From Eledone cirrhosa (taxonomy: Eukaryota), in assembly GCA_964016885.1 (NCBI GenBank), contig OZ024752.1, positions 4,960,001 through 5,024,000 of the forward strand: DNA of 64,000 nt, given 5' to 3'. The notes below the pieces were generated by a model. That model worked only from the letters and a program-made list of their open reading frames with translations, was not told the origin of the DNA and searched no databases. The translations under genes and the position numbers were made by a program. Each line of letters starts with the position of its first letter. Within the stretch, counting starts at the first letter, position 1. This document shows positions 1 through 13,498 of the stretch, one piece after another.

Positions 1-92
1 TTTTAGTGAGCTGACAGACAGACATTCTCTGTTTTAGATATATAGACTAGCAGAAAACCGCCCCCCCCCCTTCCCAGGTGGTTTTCTGCTAG

Positions 93-657
93 TCTATATA
101 TATAAAACTGAGGATATCTGTCTGTGTGTGTGTGAGTTTGAATCCCTAAAACTCGAGAAGTACCCAACCGACTTTTTCAAACTGTACATGTGTATCACTT
201 ATGTTTCAGGGAGTGTTATGCACATAAAAAAAAATCAACTTTTCATCCCCTAAAGCCTGCAGGTTTTTAGGGGTTTTTTGAGGCGTTACGTCAGACTGAT
301 TTCCTTGAAATTGTAACTATGTATTAGTCAGTCTCTTCTTCATAACGTGAGCAAAGAAAATCCAACTTTTTTATGGCCTAGGGCCCGCATTAGGTGAAAA
401 ACTTCATTTTTTTCAGTGTTACGTTTAGCCGATTTTCCCGAAATTTCAAGGCATATTGTGCACATAAAAAAAAATTATTTTCTTGATCCCCTAGGGCCTG
501 CATTTTTCCTGCTTCATCGAGGAAAATCTTAAAGATTATCCAGCCAGCAGAGTATTCAGTTTATTTAAATATTGTCCAGACATGCAGTTTTTCCACGATT
601 AGGTCTGTTGGCGGCCCGCGTTCCAAAATACCTTATCCCGTGCAACACCGGGTACCT
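93..657 (+). mobile_element. Non-autonomous Helitron-like element, copy 1
   Basis: 5' TCTATATATATAAA start, CTGT/GT microsatellite, internal CCCTAGGGCC subrepeats, 3' CCCGTGCAACACCGGG hairpin. Homologous to 48159-48783. Confidence 0.65.
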
Positions 658-892
658 GATGATTTCTTTTGAATGAAACAGTTCTAGTCCTGTAGAAGCT
701 ATTTCTATATTAAACATGATAAATATATATATATATATATCAGCAGCAGTGTTTAACATCCATTTTCCATGCTAGCAGAGGACCTTGTTTTGCTCACACA
801 GAACTGATTTTGGCTTGGTTTCTATGGTTGGATACCCCTCCTAATGCCAACCATATTTGCAGTGGGTGTGTGTGTATATATATATATATATA

Positions 893-1093
893 TAACGAAG
901 GAAGTGTGGTAAGGAATCAGGTGGACCATAACACACCAGAGTACTCAATACTTAGGGTAGTAAAGTGGGTAATAGGAAAAGAGTCAGGACCCCGACAGCT
1001 GAGCTCTGGCTGTTTCGACAGCTAGATCTGAACTAACGATCTAGCTGTTGAAATGGCCGGAGCTCATCCGTCGGGGTCCTCACTCTTTTCCTA
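893..1093 (-). mobile_element. (TA)n-embedded fold-back element, probably Penelope-like pLTR derived (family A, copy 1)
   Basis: Arms 973-1028 / 1039-1093 plus an unpaired tail. (TA)n on both sides. Homologous to 30368-30563. Confidence 0.55.
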
Positions 1094-1263
1094 TATATAT
1101 ATATAAGCAAAGAATCGTTATTTTAATAAATATTTGCTCTACGGTTCTTATATATCTGATATATATTTATCCTTATCGAGCCCTCTTTGGATTTTAGTCT
1201 TCAATTTTATTATTATTACTATATATATATATATTTGGAATATGAAAGGGCTAGGCATTCTGT

Positions 1264-1320
<57 letters not shown>

Positions 1321-2669
1321 GAAATATTTTGTTTAAAATATACTTATATAATTAATTAATATTTATATGAATTAAAATTAATTATCTATTTACATGAAGA
1401 TGAAACTTTCATTAGTATCCTTATGACTCAGTAAGTTGACTATCAGAATATAGGAATTATTAGTACTAGTATTTTATAGACTTCATGGTGCTGAAAGGTT
1501 AAAGGCAACCCTTAAATAAGACATTACAAGTGAGATAATTATATGGAATGTATAATCTAGGTTTGTTATGCTTAAACCATCTTCTCCTAACCATTGCTAG
1601 GTCTGACTGCTTGGTAAAGTGCTAATTAAATCAGTGGAATTTGCATGTGTATGTATGTATGTGTGTGTGTGTTTGCTTATGTGAGAGTGTGTGTGCTTAT
1701 ATATATGTGTTTTGTATGGTTGTGTGTGTATTTTTGTGTGAGTGTATGTGCTTATATATGTGTTTTGTATGATTGTGTGTGCTTATATATGTGTGTTTTG
1801 TATGGCTGTATGTGTGTTTGGTTAGGCAGTATAAGAAGCCCTGCCATAAAAAGGATCCACAATTGTAACCAATGAGGGTCATAATCAAATTCAATGAACA
1901 ATCATAAGCATGTGTTTGGTTGTGCTAGCAACATTTGGATGGGGCTACATAGAGCAAGTCAGTACTGAACCAACGCCCACCGATGGCCCAAACAGGCCGA
2001 GAAGGTCTGTATCCCATTTATGTCATCACACAAACTGTTGGGTCCTCCTGCATGTGTACGTAGGATTTGAAGGGTGAGGTGTGTATATAACTGTGTATGT
2101 TGATGCAATATGGCTGAATGGTTAAGAAGTTTGCTTCAGTATCATTGGATGATGGGTTCAATCCCATTGTATGACATCTTGGGCAAGTGTCATTCCTTGG
2201 GTTAACCTATGTATTATGAATTATATTGAAGTAGACAAAAATTGTTTGGAAGCCCATTAAATGGATTTTACCTGTAAGTTAAAAGATTAGCCTTGTTACA
2301 CACTGTCATGCTGAATCTCCCTGAGAGTTATGTTAAGGGTACACATGTCTGTGGAATGTTCGGCCATTTGTCCGTTAATTTCAAGAGCTGGCTGTTCTGT
2401 TGACAGATCTACTGGAACATCAGTGAAACCAACAAAGATACATTCCTTTCCTCTCTGTGTAGCTTTGTGTGTGTCTATATATTTCTGTGGGGTTGCATAA
2501 CTGTGTATATTTGGTTGTGTATATCTATGTGTGTGTGTGTGTATGTTTGGTATGTGTATATATACGTTTGTGTATGTATGTGTTGTCTATATATTTGTGT
2601 GTGTGTGTGTGTGTGGTTGCATATCTGTATGTCTGATTGAGTAGAACTGTTTGATCAACTTAGTCTTCC

Positions 2670-3730
2670 CCACTACCACTACAACCACCCCCACAACCAT
2701 AGTCACCACCACCACCACCACAACCATAGTCACCACCACCACCACCACCACAACCATAGTCACCACCAATACCATCACGGCCATCACCATCACAACCATA
2801 GTCACCACCACCACCACCACAACCACCACCACCACCACCACCACCATCACGGCCACCACCACCACGGACACCACCACCACAACCATAGTCACCACCAATA
2901 CCATCACCATCACCACAACCATAGTCACCACCACCACCACCACCACCATCACTATCACCACCACCACCACCACCACCACTATCACTATCACCACCACCAC
3001 CACCACCACCACCACCACCACCACTATCACTATCACCACCACCATCACGGCCACCACCACCACGGACACCACCACCACAACCATAGTCACCACCAATACC
3101 ATCACCATCACCACAACCATAGTCACCACCACCACCACCACCACCACCATCACCACCACCACCACCACCATCACCACTATCTCCACCACCACCTAATACA
3201 CCAACTTTCACCTCTAACCTCTGTCACTTACAGAATTAAAAACCAATTTTGTTATATCACTTTCTGGTTATAATCACTGCTGTTGTTGTTGCTACTACTA
3301 CTACTACTACTACCACCACTGCCACTACTCCTACTACTATCACTGCCACTACCACTACTACTACTGCTACCATCACCACTAACACTACTACAACCACCAC
3401 TACTATCACAACTGCTACAGCTATATGAATACTACCACTGCCACTACCACCACCACCACTACCACTGCTACCACTATATGATTAGTACCACTACAAGTGC
3501 TACTACTACTACCAGCACTGCCACCACTGCTACTACTACCACTATTACAACACTACAACCACCACCATCATCACAACTGCTACCATTATACTACCATCAC
3601 CACCACCACCACCACCAACTACTACCACGACCATTACAACTGCTACCACTATACCACCACGACTACTAATACTACTAACACTGCTATTACCACTACTACT
3701 GCTACTATTACTACTACTACTACTACTGAA
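2670..3730. repeat. (ACC)/(ACT) trinucleotide-derived low-complexity repeat
   Basis: Poly-Thr/Val/Gly ORFs in several frames. Confidence 0.9.
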
Positions 3731-3923
3731 TTCCAGTTAGTGTTGTTGTCATTAATATTTGAATGGTTGCCAATGACAACAGAAATATAAATATGTAATT
3801 TTAAAAGGGGGTTTGAAAGGTTAACATTTTCTCTAAAAACTGAAGAAAATATAAAATAAAACAAAACACAAACAAAAGGCCGTATACAACATTGATTAGT
3901 TTTATGCATTAACCTCCAACCTA

Positions 3924-6900
3924 CTACCACTCTAACTCCTGCACATGGTCCATCTACTCTTTACCTCCCATCCCACTACCACTCTAACTCCTGCACATGG
4001 TCCATCTACTCTTTACCTCCCATCCCACTACCACTCTAACTCCTGCACATGGTCCATCTACTCTTTACCTCCCACCCCACTACCACTCTAACTCCTGCAC
4101 ATGGTCCATCTACTCTTTACCTCCCATCCCACTACCACTCTAACTCCTGTACATGGTCCATCTACTCTTTACCTCCCATCCCACTACCACTCTAACTCCT
4201 GCACATGGTCCATCTACTCTTTACCTCCCACCCCATTACCACTCTAACTCCTGCACATGGTCCATCTACTCTTTACCTCCCACCCCATTACCACTCTAAC
4301 TCCTGCACATGGTCCATCTACTCTTTACCTCCCACCCCACTACCACTCTAACTCCTGCACATGGTCCATCTACTCTTTACCTCCCATCCCACTACCACTC
4401 TAACTCCTGCACATGGTCCATCTACTCTTTACCTCCCACCCCACTACCACTCTAACTCCTGCACATGGTCCATCTACTCTTTACCTCCCATCCCACTACC
4501 ACTCTAACTCCTGCACATGGTCCATCTACTCTTTACCTCCCACCCCACTACCACTCTAACTCCTGCACATGGTCCATCTACTCTTTACCTCCCACCCCAC
4601 TACCACTCTAACTCCTGCACATGGTCCATCTACTCTTTACCTCCCACCCCACTACCACTCTAACTCCTGCACATGGTCCATCTACTCTTTACCTCCCACC
4701 CCACTACCACTCTAACTCCTGCACATGGTCCATCTACTCTTTACCTCCCACCCCACTACCACTCTAACTCCTGCACATGGTCCATCTACTCTTTACCTCC
4801 CACCCCACTACCACTCTAACTCCTGCACATGGTCCATCTACTCTTTACCTCCCACCCCATTACCACTCTAACTCCTGCACATGGTCCATCTACTCTTTAC
4901 CTCCCACCCCATTACCACTCTAACTCCTGCACATGGTCCATCTACTCTTTACCTCCCACCCCACTACCACTCTAACTCCTGCACATGGTCCATCTACTCT
5001 TTACCTCCCATCCCACTACCACTCTAACTCCTGCACATGGTCCATCTACTCTTTACCTCCCACCCCACTACCACTCTAACTCCTGCACATGGTCCATCTA
5101 CTCTTTACCTCCCATCCCACTACCACTCTAACTCCTGCACATGGTCCATCTACTCTTTACCTCCCACCCCACTACCACTCTAACTCCTGCACATGGTCCA
5201 TCTACTCTTTACCTCCCACCCCACTACCACTCTAACTCCTGCACATGGTCCATCTACTCTTTACCTCCCACCCCACTACCACTCTAACTCCTGCACATGG
5301 TCCATCTACTCTTTACCTCCCACCCCACTACCACTCTAACTCCTGCACATGGTCCATCTACTCTTTACCTCCCACCCCACTACCACTCTAACTCCTGCAC
5401 ATGGTCCATCTACTCTTTACCTCCCATCCCACTACCACTCTAACTCCTGCACATGGTCCATCTACTCTTTACCTCCCATCCCACTACCACTCTAACTCCT
5501 GTACATGGTCCATCTACTCTTTACCTCCCATCCCACTACCACTCTAACTCCTGCACATGGTCCATCTACTCTTTACCTCCCATCCCACTACCACTCTAAC
5601 TCCTGCACATGGTCCATCTACTCTTTACCTCCCACCCCATTACCACTCTAACTCCTGCACATGGTCCATCTACTCTTTACCTCCCACCCCATTACCACTC
5701 TAACTCCTGCACATGGTCCATCTACTCTTTACCTCCCATCCCACTACCACTCTAACTCCTGCACATGGTCCATCTACTCTTTACCTCCCACCCCACTACC
5801 ACTCTAACTCCTGCACATGGTCCATCTACTCTTTACCTCCCATCCCACTACCACTCTAACTCCTGCACATGGTCCATCTACTCTTTACCTCCCATCCCAC
5901 TACCACTCTAACTCCTGCACATGGTCCATCTACTCTTTACCTCCCACCCCACTACCACTCTAACTCCTGCACATGGTCCATCTACTCTTTACCTCCCATC
6001 CCACTACCACTCTAACTCCTGTACATGGTCCATCTACTCTTTACCTCCCATCCCACTACCACTCTAACTCCTGCACATGGTCCATCTACTCTTTACCTCC
6101 CATCCCACTACCACTCTAACTCCTGCACATGGTCCATCTACTCTTTACCTCCCACCCCATTACCACTCTAACTCCTGCACATGGTCCATCTACTCTTTAC
6201 CTCCCACCCCATTACCACTCTAACTCCTGCACATGGTCCATCTACTCTTTACCTCCCATCCCACTACCACTCTAACTCCTGCACATGGTCCATCTACTCT
6301 TTACCTCCCACCCCACTACCACTCTAACTCCTGCACATGGTCCATCTACTCTTTACCTCCCATCCCACTACCACTCTAACTCCTGTACATGGTCCATCTA
6401 CTCTTTACCTCCCATCTCACTACCACTCTAACTCCTGCACATGGTCCATCTACTCTTTACCTCCCATCCCACTACCACTCTAACTCCTGCACATGGTCCA
6501 TCTACTCTTTACCTCCCACCCCATTACCACTCTAACTCCTGCACATGGTCCATCTACTCTTTACCTCCCACCCCATTACCACTCTAACTCCTGCACATGG
6601 TCCATCTACTCTTTACCTCCCATCCCACTACCACTCTAACTCCTGCACATGGTCCATCTACTCTTTACCTCCCACCCCACTACCACTCTAACTCCTGCAC
6701 ATGGTCCATCTACTCTTTACCTCCCACCCCACTACCACTCTAACTCCTGCACATGGTCCATCTACTCTTTACCTCCCATCCCACTACCACTCTAACTCCT
6801 GCACATGGTCCATCTACTCTTTACCTCCCATCCCACTACCACTCTAACTCCTGCACATGGTCCATCTACTCTTTACCTCCCATCCCACTACCACTCTAAC

Positions 6901-8945
6901 TCCTGCACATGGTCCATCTACTCTTTACCTCCCATCCCACTACCACTCTAACTCCTGCACATGGTCCATCTACTCTTTACCTCCCACCCCATTACCACTC
7001 TAACTCCTGCACATGGTCCATCTACTCTTTACCTCCCACCCCACTACCACTCTAACTCCTGCACATGGTCCATCTACTCTTTACCTCCCATCCCACTACC
7101 ACTCTAACTCCTGTACATGGTCCATCTACTCTTTACCTCCCATCCCATTACCACTCTAACTCCTGCACATGGTCCATCTACTCTTTACCTCCCATCCCAC
7201 TACCACTCTAACTCCTGTACATGGTCCATCTACTCTTTACCTCCCATCCCATTACCACTCTAACTCCTGCACATGGTCCATCTACTCTTTACCTCCCACC
7301 CCACTACCACTCTAACTCCTGCACATGGTCCATCTACTCTTTACCTCCCATCCCACTACCACTCTAACTCCTGTACATGGTCCATCTACTCTTTACCTCC
7401 CATCCCATTACCACTCTAACTCCTGCACATGGTCCATCTACTCTTTACCTCCCACCCCACTACCACTCTAACTCCTGCACATGGTCCATCTACTCTTTAC
7501 CTCCCATCCCACTACCACTCTAACTCCTGTACATGGTCCATCTACTCTTTACCTCCCATCCCATTACCACTCTAACTCCTGCACATGGTCCATCTACTCT
7601 TTACCTCCCACCCCATTACCACTCTAACTCCTGCACATGGTCCATCTACTCTTTACCTCCCATCCCACTACCACTCTAACTCCTGCACATGGTCCATCTA
7701 CTCTTTACCTCCCACCCCATTACCACTCTAACTCCTGCACATGGTCCATCTACTCTTTACCTCCCACCCCATTACCACTCTAACTCCTGCACATGGTCCA
7801 TCTACTCTTTACCTCCCATCCCACTACCACTCTAACTCCTGCACATGGTCCATCTACTCTTTACCTCCCACCCCACTACCACTCTAACTCCTGCACATGG
7901 TCCATCTACTCTTTACCTCCCACCCCATTACCACTCTAACTCCTGCACATGGTCCATCTACTCTTTACCTCCCATCCCACTACCACTCTAACTCCTGCAC
8001 ATGGTCCATCTACTCTTTACCTCCCATCCCACTACCACTCTAACTCCTGCACATGGTCCATCTACTCTTTACCTCCCACCCCATTACCACTCTAACTCCT
8101 GCACATGGTCCATCTACTCTTTACCTCCCACCCCACTACCACTCTAACTCCTGCACATGGTCCATCTACTCTTTACCTCCCATCCCACTACCACTCTAAC
8201 TCCTGCACATGGTCCATCTACTCTTTACCTCCCATCCCACTACCACTCTAACTCCTGCACATGGTCCATCTACTCTTTACCTCCCATCCCACTACCACTC
8301 TAACTCCTGCACATGGTCCATCTACTCTTTACCTCCCATCCCACTACCACTCTAACTCCTGCACATGGTCCATCTACTCTTTACCTCCCACCCCACTACC
8401 ACTCTAACTCCTGCACATGGTCCATCTACTCTTTACCTCCCATCCCACTACCACTCTAACTCCTGCACATGGTCCATCTACTCTTTACCTCCCACCCCAC
8501 TACCACTCTAACTCCTGCACATGGTCCATCTACTCTTTACCTCCCACCCCATTACCACTCTAACTCCTGCACATGGTCCATCTACTCTTTACCTCCCATC
8601 CCACTACCACTCTAACTCCTGCACATGGTCCATCTACTCTTTACCTCCCATCCCACTACCACTCTAACTCCTGCACATGGTCCATCTACTCTTTACCTCC
8701 CACCCCACTACCACTCTAACTCCTGCACATGGTCCATCTACTCTTTACCTCCCATCCCACTACCACTCTAACTCCTGCACATGGTCCATCTACTCTTTAC
8801 CTCCCATCCCACTACCACTCTAACTCCTGCACATGGTCCATCTACTCTTTACCTCCCACCCCACTACCACTCTAACTCCTGCACATGGTCCATCTACTCT
8901 TTACCTCCCATCCCACTACCACTCTAACTCCTGTACATGGTCCAT
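3924..8945. repeat. 52-bp minisatellite, ~96 copies
   Basis: Unit CTACCACTCTAACTCCTG(C/T)ACATGGTCCATCTACTCTTTACCTCCCA(C/T)CCCA with 52-nt periodicity (e.g. 3931 to 3983). Confidence 0.97.
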
Positions 8946-9459
8946 CCTGCATTCACTCCCACCATACTACCACTCTTAACCCTTTTGTTACCTATCTGGC
9001 CAAAACCAGTTCTGGTTCTCTCAATTAAAGTCCTTAACATCAGTATGTTTGCCCATACTGAGCAATTGAATGTATAATTATATTCTCATTTGAACAGAAA
9101 GAGGTGAGAGAATTCTGGCTGGATATGGCTGGTTTAAATACTAAAGGGTTAAATTAAAATCTTCTAATTTTATATAAGAACCTTATATTAAGTTAACTAT
9201 CTTAGTAATGAAATAATTAATAACTTTAATAAATCCCTCGAAATTCTTAATTAATTAATTGAAATAGAGTGAGTTTCATTAGAAATATAGTGTTTTTTGC
9301 TGTGGTCACTAAATAAATAAACCCTGAGTCAAAGAAAATCTGTGTATAGTTGCTTGACCTACTAGAAATATCTCCAATCTCTATATAGTTGCTTAATCTG
9401 CTAGTATAGCTGAAATTATTAAGTATTTCATTACTAAGATAGTAACTTAATGTAAGGTT

Positions 9460-9493
<34 letters not shown>

Positions 9494-9496
<3 letters not shown>

Positions 9497-9978
9497 GATA
9501 TTAAACAAATGGAAACTATATTTATAAAACCATATTTATTTCGTTATATATATTTCTGGGATATCATATTAAAAATATGGTATGCCTTCCTCAGACAAAA
9601 TACAATACATAAGCTGTTTTATAAATAATTTTTTGACATACCTTATAATAATAATGCAACTTCCATTTAAAAAGTTGATTTCAACTTCCATTTAAAAAGT
9701 TGATTTCAACTTTTTAAATGGAAGTTGCATTATTATTATAAGGTATGTCAAAAAATGATTTATAAAACAGCTTATGTATTGTATTTTGTCTGAGGAAGGC
9801 ATACCATATTTTTAATATGATATCCCAGAAATATATATAACGAAATAAATATGGTTTTATAAATATAGTTTCCATTTGTTTAATATCGTAAACCTACTCC
9901 AGAAACTGTTGAGTGCTTTTATATCAGTTATAAAATATTTACTCGTTGTAACCCAATAATTTTAAATAAAACTTTTGC
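9494..9978 (+). mobile_element. (TA)n-embedded fold-back element with hammerhead-like core (family B)
   Basis: Near-perfect ~190-bp arms 9494-9890, CTGAGGA at 9790 ... GAAA, tail ACTCC...TTGAGTGCT, flanked by (TA)n. Confidence 0.6.
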
Positions 9979-10066
<88 letters not shown>

Positions 10067-11283
10067 AGTTAAAACAATGAAATAAAAAATCAAGTCATTA
10101 GAGATATACTTCACTGCTTTACGATCGCTTCTAGGTGATGATAATACATTGTAGCTATACTCCGTTATTGATCTATATAAGGTTAGTTACAAAATATCAG
10201 ATGAAGAGAATATTTACTTACATGCATATCACCAGCTGTTTTCAAAAGCAATAATAATTTTATTTAGAATTAGTAGTATATTAGTATCATGTCCTTATTT
10301 GGAGGTAGTTGAAGAACTAACCAATCAAATTGTTTTTTTCATATGATGTTTAGATGAAAAGTAATACACTTTAGTTGAGGTCATGACCCTTTGAAAGGAA
10401 TGGTTGAATGGTGTTAATAGTAGAATTGGCATAAAAATCTATTAGGAGGAAAGGAGTTGTCAAACTGATAGTTGAATGTATCTGGTATAGTGAAGTTTAA
10501 AAGGAATGTGAAAATAAATGGTGATATATATATATATATAATTTGCCTTAAATAATTCATATATCCAACAGGCTTGCATTAGCATGTACCCAAATTCACA
10601 ATTTCACTTTGAAGACTTTGGTTAACCCAGGGCTTTGATGAGATATGTTTGCCCAAGGTTCTGTACTGAGCAATTGAATGCATAATTATATTCTTCTGAA
10701 ACAAATTTCTTTACCACACAACCATGCTTGTGGCCATAAAGAAAAATGGATAACACCCTTTGTTTTGTAATGTTTTGTTGTTAGATCATAAGTAAACTTT
10801 AGCTGCTGAAGATCATGTAAGCTGTTGCTGTGATGATGTGTCCATGTTTTGTAGTTGGCAGTGGAACGCATAAACTGAAGATGAGACTTATACTTGCTGA
10901 GACTGGAATTCTCCAAGTACAATTTCAAAGATGCAATTATTTCTTTCTCTATATCTGATACTGGCTTGTTTTTATTGTTTGTGTCTTCAGTGCCAAGCGT
11001 CACAAAAGACAAGTTGATAGAAATAGAATTACCATAGGCATGCCCCAATCTTCACTTCGCAAGATGTAATGTCCAATGTATTTTTCCAGTAACTAAGTTC
11101 AAACTTATACCAGTCAACAATCAGATTTGATATATCGTGTAATTCTGTTTCCAGAGGCATGTATTTAAGAGTCACTCTAAACTTTAATTGCTGAAGATCA
11201 TGTAAACATACGGAAGTTGAACCAAAGTTTTTTCCATTTGTTTATTTAATTTTAATCCCATGTCTCCCTTTCTTTCCATTCAG

Positions 11284-11399
11284 CACCTGCTGCTGCTCCA
11301 GATAATATTGTTATTCATTGGCTGTCAGACAGCAGTATGTCAATGCGATGGTCACCACCACCACGTCCTTACCGATATGGTGACATCAGCGGATATGTT
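11284..11399 (+). CDS. robo: Robo-family receptor exon: N-terminal half of the membrane-proximal fibronectin type III domain
   Basis: Pyrimidine tract + CAG acceptor (AG 11282-11283) and GTGAGT donor at 11400. Phase 1 to 0. Translates (A)PAAAPDNIVIHWLSDSSMSMRWSPPPRPYRYGDISGYV, a typical FN3 start (P-x-x-x-P...W.PP...G.I.GY). Confidence 0.9.
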
Positions 11400-11708
11400 G
11401 TGAGTATTCTTTGTTACTTCTTTTGTCCATTTTCATTTGACTGCTACATGTAATACAGACTGCTTCATAAATACAGGGTGTCCTGAAACCAAGAGAAATG
11501 TATTTACTGTATTTACTGAGAGAACAGCCATAATTGATAAAATGAATATTACAAAACATGGACATATCACCACAGCAACAGCTTACATGATCTTCAGCAG
11601 CTAAAGTTTACTTATGAGCACCTTTTTGTTGCAATTAGACAGGTTCTGTCTATGTTTGGCTGGTCTTTTGTAGCAGTCTTAGGTGACCATTGTAGGTTCA
11701 CATTAGAC

Positions 11709-11876
11709 CAGGGTTTCCGAAATGTTTTCAAACGTGGAACCCTTTTTGGTTCAGAAACTTTTTGGGGAACCCCAAAGTCTAATACTCTTAATATAGTTGT
11801 AAAATAAATATACTCCTCTTCCTTTTTTCATGAAATCCCAGACACTCCTTTGCAGAACCCATTTTCGGAACCACTG
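11709..11876. mobile_element. hAT-type MITE
   Basis: TIRs CAGGGTTTCCGAAA / TTTCGGAACCACTG with 8-bp target duplication CATTAGAC / CATTAGAT. Confidence 0.75.
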
Positions 11877-12302
11877 CATTAGATGAAATGGAAGAGTGAG
11901 TGAATTAGAAGATGCAGATTTACTAACCTCTTCTGGCAATAACCTGGCTGAGACAGTTGGTCCATGGTGACCAGCCTACTAAAGCCAATATTGGCTAACA
12001 GAAGTCTCAGACCAGAAGATAAACCCAAAAGTGTTGAGCTTGAATAATATTTTGAAAGATATATATATACATTATATAGAGTAGCTAGATATGTCGTGTT
12101 TAACCCTTAATTTTTTATATGTGTGACAAGCATACTAAAGCCAACATTGACTGACAGAAGTCTGAAAGAGAGAACAAAGCCAAGAGACTAGGGCTTGAAT
12201 AATAATCTGAAAGATATACATATATAAATGATATACAGTAGCTAGATATATCTTGCCCAACCCTTAATTTTTTTATATCATTTTTATTTTTCTCTACACC
12301 AG

Positions 12303-12468
12303 ATCCGTTGCTATGGAGAAGATAGAAAAGATAATTGTAGTCTTGCCACAAACTCATCAGTACGCCGAGTTCTTATTGAGCGCTTAAATCCCTCAACCAC
12401 CTACATGTTACAGATAGCAGCAGTGACAAACAAAGGCACAGGAACATGGAGCCAAAAGTTCTACATGG
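12303..12468 (+). CDS. robo: Robo-family receptor exon: C-terminal half of the FN3 domain
   Basis: tttttctctacaccAG acceptor and GTATGT donor at 12469. Phase 0 to 1. IRCYGEDRKDNCSLATNSSVRRVLIERLNPSTTYMLQIAAVTNKGTGTWSQKFYM contains the FN3 L.P.T.Y...AA.T..G.G..S motif and is in frame with the previous exon. Confidence 0.92.
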
Positions 12469-13336
12469 GTATGTATAAAGACAACACTTCTCTCCATGCT
12501 TGCAAATGTGGTTATGTATTTTTTCTATGCTACATGCATCTATTTTAACCATGTATTTTGGGATCAATAACCTCATTGGACAACATTTTACATGTAACAA
12601 GAGATTTGTGTACGTGAGCAGACAAGAATATCACTAGGGATTTTTATTCAAAATCATTAGTTTATTGATTTCCTTTTTTCAACATATATATGGTTGAGAA
12701 AATAGTACTCAATACTGAAGTAGAGTTTTAATATTCATTAAGAACTTTCTGATGACCTTGCCATAAACAGGCAAAACTCCAGAGTAACAAGACTCACTAT
12801 TTAGTCTAAATAAAATGAATGAAAACACACACACGTGTGTGTGTGTATTTATGTGAACAGTAAATGAATAAATAACACAGGGCAATGCTACAGTACAATG
12901 GAGATATGCAAAAAGTAAACAGAAACAACAAAGCAAACAATACAATGCAATGAAGAAATATATTTGTTTAATGGTTTATATAGTATATATTTCTTTGACG
13001 CTTTATATAGTACATATATATATATATATTTTATAATCTACAGTTCCCTCTACCAAAGATGAGAACAGTGATTATTGATCCTGGCTGTACTACATACACA
13101 CAAAGCATTCAACAATACTCCTACTGACATTATAATATATGGATCACACAATGAACATTACTATTTCAATTATGACAGGGTTAGAATTGAGGTAGTTTTG
13201 GTTGTAGTTTCTAGCACATTGAGTAGCTCCATATAGGCTTCCTCGTTTTCTTCATATTATAACAACTAATATTTTCTCTCTTGTTTAAAAATGCTGCTGT
13301 TGATGATAAAGACATATTTCTACTGTTTCATTTCAG

Positions 13337-13498
13337 TTCCTGAAAAACCTTCAATAATGAGACAGCCTTGGTTTATTGGCATGTTAATTGGGACAATCGG
13401 TGGAACTGTGTGGATTGCTTTATGTATAGTCAGCATTTGGTTGTGTCGTAAGAAACACACCCAGAAAAAATTAATGGAACAAAGTGGAATGTATAGCA
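13337..13498 (+). CDS. robo: Robo-family receptor transmembrane exon
   Basis: tttcatttcAG acceptor and GTAAGT donor at 13499. Phase 1 to 1. VPEKPSIMRQPWFIGMLIGTIGGTVWIALCIVSIWLCRKKHTQKKLMEQSGMYS matches the Robo TM signature (vertebrate ROBO1 recalled as [31 protein letters not shown]), directly after an FN3 domain. Confidence 0.92.

Noticed and set aside
1929-2004. Possible upstream Robo exon
   Set aside because: Weak splice sites, end phase incompatible with the exon at 11284, no Ig/FN3 resemblance, and it lies among SINE remnants.
2587-3790. Long poly-Thr/Val/Gly ORFs (also 21962-22461, 23112-23854, 57278-58547 and the YI/CV-repeat ORFs)
   Set aside because: Open frames produced by microsatellites on both strands, with no splice or domain support.
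3924-8945. CRISPR-like array
   Set aside because: Units are contiguous with no unique spacers, the context is a eukaryotic intron and there are no cas genes. The same applies to 57370-58330 and 58623-59438.
10686-11048. 120-aa minus-strand ORF
   Set aside because: No recognisable domain. It overlaps a locally repeated segment and is probably decayed transposon or chance.
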